From Promethearchaeota archaeon (GTDB taxonomy: Archaea; Asgardarchaeota; Lokiarchaeia; Sigyniarchaeales; SOKP01): a DNA stretch of 15,745 bases. Position numbers and translations under genes: made by a program. The stretch spans positions 1 to 15,745 of the forward strand of contig JBHLNT010000096.1 in the NCBI GenBank assembly GCA_048941265.1. Reading direction: 5' to 3'. Positions within the stretch are counted from its first letter, which is position 1, and every line of letters begins with the position of its first letter. Positions 8,241 through 15,745 of this stretch are shown one piece after another. Under the pieces are notes generated by a model. That model made no database searches and was not told where the DNA came from. It saw only the letters and a program-made list of their open reading frames with translations.

Positions 8241-8247
8241 TTTTGGG

Positions 8248-9180
8248 ATGGCAAATGATTTTTATGTTGTTTTAGCAGGAGGAGTTGGTGCTGCAAAATT
8301 TCTTGAAGGATTAGTAAAGGTAATTCCTCCTGAATTATTAAAAATAATCGTAAATACTGGTGATGATATCGAATTATTTGGTCTAAAAATTTGTCCGGAC
8401 TTAGATATTATTACTTATACTCTCGCGGATGTTGTGGATAAAGTGAAGGGTTGGGGTTTTTATGATGAAACTTTTAATTGTTTAAGTATATTAAAAAGAT
8501 TTTATAATTATGGATGGTTCAATTTAGGAGATAAAGATTTAGCAATCCATATTTATCGTACTGACTTAGTACGTCAAGGTTTTACAAAAGCACAAGCAAC
8601 TCAAAAAATATGTGAAAAATTGGGTGTTTTGTCAGAAATTATTCCAATGTGTAATGAACCTGTAGAAACATACATCAAAACACCTTTTAATAACATTCAC
8701 TTTGAAGAATATTATATAAAATATCAATGCCAACCTGAGATTTTAGGAGTTGAGTTTAAAGGAATAGAAGACGCTAAACCAATTGAAAAAGTATTAGAAT
8801 TTATACATAAAGCGAAAAGGATCCTTATTTGCCCCTCAAATCCAATAGTTTCTATAGGAACTATACTTCAAGTGCCTAATATGAAAGAAATTTTAGTTAA
8901 AGAAAAAGATAAAATTTATGCCGTAAGCCCTATTATACAAGGAGCTGCTGTAAAAGGGCCGGCTGATAAATTATTAAAGTGTTTAGGTTTTAATGTTTCC
9001 AGCTTTGGAGTGGCAAAATATTATCAAGATTTTTTAGGCCATTTTATAATAGATAATAAGGATTGTAATTTAAAGTCTCAAATTGAACATTTAAGAATAA
9101 AAACTTATTGCTGTGATACCTTAATGACAAATTTGCAGAAAAAAAAAGAATTAGCAGAATTTGTAATTAATTTAAATTAA
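8248..9180 (+). CDS. cofD: 2-phospho-L-lactate/phosphoenolpyruvate transferase (CofD/FbiA)
   Basis: LAGGVGAAKFLEGL, IVNTGDD, ICPDLD, WFNLGDKDLAIH, HFEEY, CPSNPIVSIGTIL and VSPIIQGAAVKGPADKL. Adjacent to cofE. Confidence 0.95.
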   Translation: MANDFYVVLAGGVGAAKFLEGLVKVIPPELLKIIVNTGDDIELFGLKICPDLDIITYTLADVVDKVKGWGFYDETFNCLSILKRFYNYGWFNLGDKDLAIHIYRTDLVRQGFTKAQATQKICEKLGVLSEIIPMCNEPVETYIKTPFNNIHFEEYYIKYQCQPEILGVEFKGIEDAKPIEKVLEFIHKAKRILICPSNPIVSIGTILQVPNMKEILVKEKDKIYAVSPIIQGAAVKGPADKLLKCLGFNVSSFGVAKYYQDFLGHFIIDNKDCNLKSQIEHLRIKTYCCDTLMTNLQKKKELAEFVINLN

Positions 9181-9215
9181 ATAAAAAGTTTATAGTATAT
9201 ATCTTAGTATTAGGA

Positions 9216-10673
9216 TCAAGCCGTCTCTGTTGCTGCTTGCCCGGTTTCTCCAGAATCGTCTGCTTTTTCTACTGCTATTTCTTCCTGCTTTTTTACATAA
9301 TCACCTACTGTGGCAAGTATTTCCTTGATGCGTCCTTCTTGTTTTAATCTAATTATTAAATTTCTATGTTTTATATAAGAAATTGTATAAGCAATTACGG
9401 GGAATATGAGCATAAATGGAACCAATAAAATTATGACCACTTCAGGAGAATACATCGCAACGCTTTCTGTAATTGCGGGAGGCAAGTTAAAAACATTGAT
9501 AAAAAACCACCGTGGATGGATAATGATAAAACTAATAACGATTAGTAAGACTAATCTAAAAACTAAATTTGTTATTGTAGAAGTTATTAAACTCTGGGCA
9601 CGAGGCGCTGATGATGATGCCGTTAAAGTATTTGTTGCTTCTGTGTCTTCTCTAAATAGCCTTTCTACGTATCTACCGAGTCTCCTCGTTTTGGATGCAG
9701 CAGATATTAGTTTCTTTTCTTCCTCTTCCAATTTTCTCTTTTCAATCATTTCTTTAACGTATGAAAATTGATGAGTCGTTTTAGCTAAAAATTTACTAAT
9801 TTTAGCTTCTTCTAACCCAAGTTCTTCTCTTCTTTTTTTGGCTTCTTCTTTTATTTTATCAACATTTGCTGTTATCAGTTGGCTTTCTCTTCTAATTATT
9901 CCTAACTGAGTTTCTAATCGGTCGCTTCTTTCTAATGAAGGTTTTGTGACTATATCGGCATAACTTATTTGAAATGAGATTTCTAAATAAATATAACAAA
10001 TGATTGCAAGTAAGGCAGCTGGACTCGCTAAAAATAGGAAAAAATTATCAAGCGGTAAATTTGTTAACTCATCGGATACTGGATTTTCTAACTCCTCTAA
10101 AAAATCATATTTAAGAGTGAATAAATCTAACATATCTCTTAAACCAAACACCATCAATGGTAATACTAACATCATAATTAAACCACCCATCGCTGTAAGA
10201 CTATATTTTGGATCATTTTGCAAAGTAGCTCGAATAAAATACAATATAGCAATCAAAAAAAATACTTGAAAAGCAAATAAGTAGATATCATTCAAAAGTA
10301 AGATTAGTTCTTCAAAAATTAAATCAGCTATTTCATCTAGATGGGGGCTTTCGGAGGGAAAGGAACACCATAAACTTAAATAATTTCTAAAAAAAGAATC
10401 TAAGAAATTGAACATAAATGATGCATCGAAGTTTGGAAAAAGAAAAAATAAATTGGTGATAAGTAATGAAATGAAGCTAGCAATAGCATATAAACAAAAA
10501 TACAAGAGATATGCGAATACATTTTTCAATTTATCAATGAAGTCAAAGATAACTAGGTCTCCTGTAGGTGTGTAAAGTATCTTCCTAAAACTAAATATAC
10601 TACTAAATACTGTCAAAACTACTATAAAAATAGCCGCATTTATGATATTTAAAATTAATAAATATTTCCGCAA
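9216..10673 (-). CDS. Uncharacterised multi-pass membrane protein with a long charged, coiled-coil-like central loop
   Basis: 485 aa. About 5 hydrophobic segments, then about 130 aa rich in E/K/R (KIKEEAKKRREE, EKRKLEEEEKK), then 2 more hydrophobic segments. TTG start 3 nt after the DUF58 stop. Confidence 0.75.
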   Translation of the reverse strand: MRKYLLILNIINAAIFIVVLTVFSSIFSFRKILYTPTGDLVIFDFIDKLKNVFAYLLYFCLYAIASFISLLITNLFFLFPNFDASFMFNFLDSFFRNYLSLWCSFPSESPHLDEIADLIFEELILLLNDIYLFAFQVFFLIAILYFIRATLQNDPKYSLTAMGGLIMMLVLPLMVFGLRDMLDLFTLKYDFLEELENPVSDELTNLPLDNFFLFLASPAALLAIICYIYLEISFQISYADIVTKPSLERSDRLETQLGIIRRESQLITANVDKIKEEAKKRREELGLEEAKISKFLAKTTHQFSYVKEMIEKRKLEEEEKKLISAASKTRRLGRYVERLFREDTEATNTLTASSSAPRAQSLITSTITNLVFRLVLLIVISFIIIHPRWFFINVFNLPPAITESVAMYSPEVVIILLVPFMLIFPVIAYTISYIKHRNLIIRLKQEGRIKEILATVGDYVKKQEEIAVEKADDSGETGQAATETA

Positions 10674-10676
10674 GTC

Positions 10677-12005
10677 TTAATAAGCACTTCCTTTTTTTTT
10701 AGCGTCTAGATAATTTTTCAAAACATAATGCATCATGTCATCTGGTCCAACAGATGCTAAATTAACTCCTAAATTTCTTACTTCTTGTTTAATTAATAAA
10801 ATATGTTCCATCATTTCCTCACTTATAGCTTCAGCTAAGGCTTTATCAGTTGTGGACAAATCGGTTTCATGAATTTCAAACCAAGGGCTAAATGGATTAA
10901 TAATCATAACTGTATGATTATATGGGATTAATTTTCTTATCGCAGTATTTATCTCTTTGACTTCTGCTTCTAAATCAGAGATAATAAAAACTAATGAACG
11001 TTTTTGGAATCGTTTTATAAAAAAGTCAAGAGCTTCAAGAATTTTACATTTTCCTTGAGGTTTAACCTTTGCTACAAAATCCAGTACACGATAAAATTGA
11101 TCCTCTCCACTAGCGGGTTTTAAGAAGTTAAAATTTTTTTTATCTGAAAAGGTAAATACTCCAACACTATCTCGTCGTGTGAGAGCGACTCTAGTTAAAA
11201 GCATACAAGCTCGAATAGCATATTCAAATTTGGTATTTTCAATCGCTCCTCCTGCCATAGTTTCTGAAGAATCTACTAAAATCATAACGGTAATATCCCG
11301 TTCACTTTCAAATTCCTTAACAATTAATTTTTGAGTCCTTGCTGAAGCTTTCCAATCAATTAATCTAAATTGGTCTCCAAATACATATTTTCTCATTCCA
11401 TAAAAGTCTGAGCCCAAACCTTTTTGTTTTGATCGTTGAATTCCATAATTTAATAACAAAGACCTTTTGGAGCCAAGAATTTCGATCCTCTTAATATCTT
11501 CATAGGGAGGATATACCAAAATATCAGTTACACTGTTAGGAACAATCCTTTCTAATGAATTAAATCCTAATCTATCTTTAACAGTCACAGATAAAGGACC
11601 AAGTGGATATTCACCTCTTACTTTCGGTTCAAGAACATAGGAAAATTTTATGACACTTTTAGGGGCAATTCTAGTTGAGATGAAGTTCTCACCGAGTACT
11701 AATCTAAAAAGCTGCGGATTAAAATAATCTCTAATTTCAATAAAATCAAAACTACTTTTACTTAAATTTTCAATTACAACTTTAATATGAACAAAATCAT
11801 CTTTAAATACTTTTTCTTTTTCAAGTTCTCGATGCACACGCAATTCCTCAACATTCATTTGATAATGGAATATTGGTAAGCTAATAATTGTACTAAAAAG
11901 TAATAAAAGAGCAAAATAAATAAAAAAATAATTGACGAATGCAAATCCAGCAGTAAGAAAAAAAACTGCAAATAAAACTAGTATTCTACCTTTTCCACCT
12001 AGAAT
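10677..12005 (-). CDS. DUF58 / VWA-like MoxR partner with N-terminal membrane anchor and Ig-like domain (start extended beyond the ORF track)
   Basis: RGEYPLGPL, DRLGF, VYPP, GSDFYGMRKYVFGDQFRLIDWKASAR, VKEFESE, MIDAS-like DSSETM and ISDL. The frame stays open upstream of ATG 11858 to a stop at 12048-12050 and encodes LGGKGRILVLFAVFFLTAGFAFVNYFFIYFALLLLFSTIISLP. The start at ATT 12005 is inferred. Confidence 0.85.
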   Translation of the reverse strand: MLGGKGRILVLFAVFFLTAGFAFVNYFFIYFALLLLFSTIISLPIFHYQMNVEELRVHRELEKEKVFKDDFVHIKVVIENLSKSSFDFIEIRDYFNPQLFRLVLGENFISTRIAPKSVIKFSYVLEPKVRGEYPLGPLSVTVKDRLGFNSLERIVPNSVTDILVYPPYEDIKRIEILGSKRSLLLNYGIQRSKQKGLGSDFYGMRKYVFGDQFRLIDWKASARTQKLIVKEFESERDITVMILVDSSETMAGGAIENTKFEYAIRACMLLTRVALTRRDSVGVFTFSDKKNFNFLKPASGEDQFYRVLDFVAKVKPQGKCKILEALDFFIKRFQKRSLVFIISDLEAEVKEINTAIRKLIPYNHTVMIINPFSPWFEIHETDLSTTDKALAEAISEEMMEHILLIKQEVRNLGVNLASVGPDDMMHYVLKNYLDAKKKGSAY

Positions 12006-12087
12006 TTTAGTCCACCATTTTTGATTACTTTGAATATGCTTCGCAGATTATTTTTTTCAATAGAAATCCAAACAAAAAAGGGATTAT

Positions 12088-13065
12088 TTATATTGGAACT
12101 GGTATTTCTTCGATAATATTTTTAATAACTGCTTTCACATCTAAACCTTCAAGTTCAGCCTCGGGTTTTAAAAAAATTCTGTGATTTAGAGCAGCTACTG
12201 TCAATGCTCTCACATCATCTGGTGTTACATATTTTCGACCTAAAATCGCAGCTCGTGCCTTAGAAGTTTTCATTAAAACTAGACTAGCTCGCGGACCGCA
12301 ACCTAAGGCAACTTGAGGGTGACTTCTTGTCTTTAGAACAATATCTCTTATATATTTTAGAATCCTATCATCAATATATACAGAATTTATTAATCTCTGA
12401 GCAGCAAGAATTTCATCGCCAGAGGTTACGTGATCTACATTTGGAGATTCTCCACCTAGCTGTCTTCTTAAGATTTCTACTTCTTCATCCTGTTCGGGAT
12501 AATCAAGCCATAATTTAAATAGAAATCGATCAACTTGAGCTTCAGGTAGAGGATAGGTTCCCTCCATTTCAACTGGGTTTTCAGTTGCAATCACTATAAA
12601 CGGTTTTTCTAATGGTAAAGTCTCTCCCTCAATTGTTACCTGTCTTTCGGCCATTGCTTCAAGCAAAGCTGCCTGAGTTTTTGGAGCACTCCTATTAATC
12701 TCATCAGCTAAAACAACATTGGCAAACACAGGTCCTTTTTGTAATACAAATGTACCTTCTTCTTGTGAGAAAATTTTTGTTCCAGTTATATCAGCAGGGA
12801 GTAGATCTGGAGTAAATTGAATTCTTCTAAAACTTATTCCCAAAGTATTCGAAAAAGTCTTTGCCATCACAGTTTTACCTAATCCTGGAACACCTTCTAA
12901 TAAGACATGTCCATTTACAAGTAAAGCAATAAATAATTGTTGAAGAACTTCACCATTACCCACAATTACTCTAGATACTTCTGATAAGACATCCTGCGCA
13001 ATTTCTCTTATTGGGGTTATATCTAATTCCTGATTTTGATATTGAGCTTTTTCTGGGGTTTCCAT
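12088..13065 (-). CDS. moxR: MoxR-family AAA+ ATPase
   Basis: GHVLLEGVPGLGKT (Walker A), RIQFTPDLLPADITG, LADEINR (Walker B), ALLEAMAERQVT, ATENPVEMEGTYPLPEAQVDRF and GPRA. Confidence 0.96.
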   Translation of the reverse strand: METPEKAQYQNQELDITPIREIAQDVLSEVSRVIVGNGEVLQQLFIALLVNGHVLLEGVPGLGKTVMAKTFSNTLGISFRRIQFTPDLLPADITGTKIFSQEEGTFVLQKGPVFANVVLADEINRSAPKTQAALLEAMAERQVTIEGETLPLEKPFIVIATENPVEMEGTYPLPEAQVDRFLFKLWLDYPEQDEEVEILRRQLGGESPNVDHVTSGDEILAAQRLINSVYIDDRILKYIRDIVLKTRSHPQVALGCGPRASLVLMKTSKARAAILGRKYVTPDDVRALTVAALNHRIFLKPEAELEGLDVKAVIKNIIEEIPVPI

Positions 13066-13106
13066 AATTTTATCTCTCTTTTTTTTTTTATTTTTTTTTT
13101 AATTAT

Positions 13107-14858
13107 TTAAATGTTTTGAACAATCCATTCCATCTCAAAAAATAATTCTTCAAAACTTTTTTCATCTTTTACTTTTTTCCCTCTTTTAATTGCTAAAATA
13201 GTATCCATAAAGCGTGTTATCCTTCGTATTTTATGTCTATGTATTCCTGGTTCTTTATCTTTGACCATCTCTATCACATTTTTAGTCGTTATTTGATTAC
13301 CACCAAGTTGTGAATTTAATTTTCTTTCTAACCTTCTGTATAGTAAGGTTAATGCTTTATCATATTTACTTTTATCTCGATACCATTCAATTTTTTTAGC
13401 AAAAAAGGATGAGGTTCTAAATCGTGCTAATTCTTCTTTTTTTTCTTCTTCTGCTGCTTTTTTTTTCTCCTCTTTTTCATCTTTTTTGGGTAAATACCTT
13501 CTTAAAGTATAGACAGCTAAAAGAGGATATAGCCAAGCAGTAAGAGGATTTGTAGATAATTGGACAATATATTGAATAATAAACCCAAATATGCCTGCTG
13601 AGGAGATATCTCTTGAGTTTTCTGGACGAATATGAGCCTCATCAAATACAATCATCCAATCATCTTGATCATCACCCTCGTCATCACGAGTAAGCCATTT
13701 AATTATATTTATAGCAAATTGCTGGTTATCATAACCATCTTCATTCAATAATTCATTATTAAATAAACTTGCATCGGCAGATACAAATATTCGAGCATCT
13801 CCTGTATCCTTTGCCATGAATGGAGCTTGAGGATATCCCCCGAGAGGGACTTTAGTTAATTCTTCAGGAAAATCCCCTCCAATTGTATCTATTATAAATC
13901 CTATATCAATATTGTCATCATCGTAATCATACATCTTGTCATCGTTCATGTCAACAAAACTATATATACTAGAATATCCAATAACATCCCATCCGGAAAA
14001 TTCGATGAATGGTCCACCAACTGCAGCAGAACTTTGTGATAAAATTACTTTATCTATCCCATTATTTATTGGATGGTCTGTAAATGTTTTAATAACGGGG
14101 AAATCTGGGCTTGTATCATAAGATTCATTATCGCGTAATGTGCCATCAGGAAAAATTGTTATTGGAACAGCGTCTTGTACATCAGGATTAACCATGTTTG
14201 CTAAATATATTTCATATAATAAATTACTCGTAGAACCATAATCATGACATATTAATATAGAATTTCCATCTTCAAAGAACTCCATAAAATATGGTATTTC
14301 ATTAAGTGGATTATAAAATTGATTAGTACCTAATAAAACTAAACAAATTTTTTTATCCAATCGCTTAGTTGCGCTTAAACTGGATTGAATATTATAACAA
14401 TTATATCCTTCATCTTCTAACAACTTTTTAAGATCAGAAGATCCTTGCCAATCTTCATTATAAACCGAGAAATTATGGTTATTTTTGCCTTGATCTATAA
14501 TAGGTGCTAACAATGGAACAAAAGAAAAAACAAAGATTAATATAAACAACGCTTGTTTATAAATTGAACCTGCTTTTACTTTTCTTCTTGATCTGACTTC
14601 ACGAGTTTTTTGTATTCTAGTATTTCTTATAAAAATAATCAAACTTATTCCTGTAAATCCAGCTCCTAAATAACATAATAAAGGTAAATAATTCATATAG
14701 GCTCTTAATTCTCCTGGACGTGATTGATTATAAGAGCTAATAAAAAAGGAAATTACAATTCCAAAAATAATTAAATATATTGTAAAGAATCCTAAAATTA
14801 TGCCTTTCGAGACATTAACACTTCTTTGGGAAGATTTTCCGCCTTTTACTTTTACCAT
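13107..14858 (-). CDS. Membrane protein with a DUF4350/GATase-fold-like extracytoplasmic domain
   Basis: Three N-terminal hydrophobic segments, FSVYNEDWQGSSDL, LICHDYG, HPINNGIDKVILS, RIFVSADASLFNN, DNQQFAINII and IVFDEAH, then a membrane segment and a basic helical C-terminus. Typical position upstream of moxR. Confidence 0.7.
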   Translation of the reverse strand: MVKVKGGKSSQRSVNVSKGIILGFFTIYLIIFGIVISFFISSYNQSRPGELRAYMNYLPLLCYLGAGFTGISLIIFIRNTRIQKTREVRSRRKVKAGSIYKQALFILIFVFSFVPLLAPIIDQGKNNHNFSVYNEDWQGSSDLKKLLEDEGYNCYNIQSSLSATKRLDKKICLVLLGTNQFYNPLNEIPYFMEFFEDGNSILICHDYGSTSNLLYEIYLANMVNPDVQDAVPITIFPDGTLRDNESYDTSPDFPVIKTFTDHPINNGIDKVILSQSSAAVGGPFIEFSGWDVIGYSSIYSFVDMNDDKMYDYDDDNIDIGFIIDTIGGDFPEELTKVPLGGYPQAPFMAKDTGDARIFVSADASLFNNELLNEDGYDNQQFAINIIKWLTRDDEGDDQDDWMIVFDEAHIRPENSRDISSAGIFGFIIQYIVQLSTNPLTAWLYPLLAVYTLRRYLPKKDEKEEKKKAAEEEKKEELARFRTSSFFAKKIEWYRDKSKYDKALTLLYRRLERKLNSQLGGNQITTKNVIEMVKDKEPGIHRHKIRRITRFMDTILAIKRGKKVKDEKSFEELFFEMEWIVQNI

Positions 14859-14889
14859 TTTTATTTGAGATTTTTTTTAATAATTTAAA

Positions 14890-15276
14890 CTACAAACTGT
14901 AAGAAAAGGATTTATTCGTTATTTCTTTATATAATGTTGAAAACAATTCTATTGTATGTTTAAACTCCTTAGGAGTCGGTTCGAGCCCTCCATATATAAT
15001 GTCTTCAATCTTTTTAATGAAGGGATACACAGATTCTGGTTTTTGTCCTAATTGATTTACACAGGTTATGGCATATTCTCGAATGGTTTGATATGGTAAT
15101 CTAGGTTTTTTATGCTTTAAAGTTACTACATCATTATACACGAGATAAATATATGCTATAGCTTCTTTTGGTCTGCCAGTATCTATTAAAATTTTCACGT
15201 TATTGAATCTTTTCTTAACATTAAATTCTGGTTCTTGACCTTTTTTTTTCTTTTTTTTTCCTGTTATATCTACCAT
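14890..15276 (-). CDS. Small basic helical protein, DUF4129-like
   Basis: 128 aa. G..KEAIAYIY, R...QTIREYA and IEDIIYGG pattern resembles DUF4129 (T.RE ... E..RYG). Located in a MoxR cluster. Confidence 0.65.
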   Translation of the reverse strand: MVDITGKKKKKKGQEPEFNVKKRFNNVKILIDTGRPKEAIAYIYLVYNDVVTLKHKKPRLPYQTIREYAITCVNQLGQKPESVYPFIKKIEDIIYGGLEPTPKEFKHTIELFSTLYKEITNKSFSYSL

Positions 15277-15403
15277 TTTACTAACCTATTAGTTTATTAC
15301 TTTTAATCAAATTAATAATTTTTTTTATGTTTATAATTTTTTGTACTTCTTTTACTTTTAATGCTTTATTTTTTATTTTTGATATTTTATTGGAAATATT
15401 TAT

Positions 15404-15745
15404 TTAAAAATTTAAAATAAAATTGTAACCAGTCAATTCAAAATATATTGGTGAAAAAAGGTCCACCGCAGTATAGAAATCATTCTCATTTATTATAAAA
15501 GGCCTATCGTAAATAATTTTTTCAATATTTTGTATGAATGGATAAATATTATTTGGTTTAAGACTTAATTCTTTTACCGAAATAATAGCGAAATCTCTAA
15601 TTGTTTCCGTTTTTTTTTTAATTCTGCCATATTTAGCATTAATAAGTTCTAAATATATCGATTGAAATAGATAAGATAAAGCCTCCTCTAACCTACCCGA
15701 ATCTTTAAGTATTTTAAGATTCTTAATTCTGCCTTCAAGGGGTAG
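15404..15745 (-). CDS. 3' end of a protein with a DUF4129-like C-terminal domain, paralogous to 14890..15276 (partial)
   Basis: Not in the ORF track. Manual translation gives ...LPLEGRIKNLKILKDSGRLEEALSYLFQSIYLELINAKYGRIKKKTETIRDFAIISVKELSLKPNNIYPFIQNIEKIIYDRPFIINENDFYTAVDLFSPIYFELTGYNFILNF*, open from the window edge to TAA at 15404-15406. Confidence 0.85.
   Translation of the reverse strand, partial: LPLEGRIKNLKILKDSGRLEEALSYLFQSIYLELINAKYGRIKKKTETIRDFAIISVKELSLKPNNIYPFIQNIEKIIYDRPFIINENDFYTAVDLFSPIYFELTGYNFILNF

Noticed and set aside
13066-13106. Long T homopolymers (also 15277-15403) as terminators or phase-variation tracts
   Set aside because: They read as A-rich on the coding (minus) strand and are intergenic; this looks like ordinary spacer composition here.
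9406-14121. Plus-strand ORFs at 9406, 10000, 12327 and 13936
   Set aside because: Antisense shadows within the MoxR cluster genes.
1-15745. tRNA, rRNA, CRISPR array or mobile element
   Set aside because: None recognised. Intergenic spaces are short and AT-rich, with no spaced direct repeats and no transposase or integrase ORFs.

Overview
AT-rich archaeal-style window; a Lokiarchaeia/Asgard-like source is inferred, not proven, from the two-domain CofE-nitroreductase, the hybrid LeuRS and TATA-type promoters. Left, minus strand: leuS and a partial stand-alone CTP-synthase-like glutamine amidotransferase gene. Middle, plus strand: a tight operon lipS2 - lipoate ligase - lipS1 - PaaI thioesterase - cofE/fbiB - cofD, covering lipoate and coenzyme F420 biosynthesis. 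Right, minus strand: a cluster of two DUF4129-like paralogues, a DUF4350-like protein, MoxR, DUF58 and a membrane protein. The main find is not in the ORF track. The leuS 5' leader encodes a short peptide ending in six consecutive Leu codons (MKNSLSLQILSKVLLLLLL*, 3379->3320). It is followed by two interleaved 12-bp helices, and one arm carries a U-tract and is complementary to the leuS ribosome-binding region. This looks like a leucine-sensing, ribosome-mediated attenuator in an apparent archaeon.
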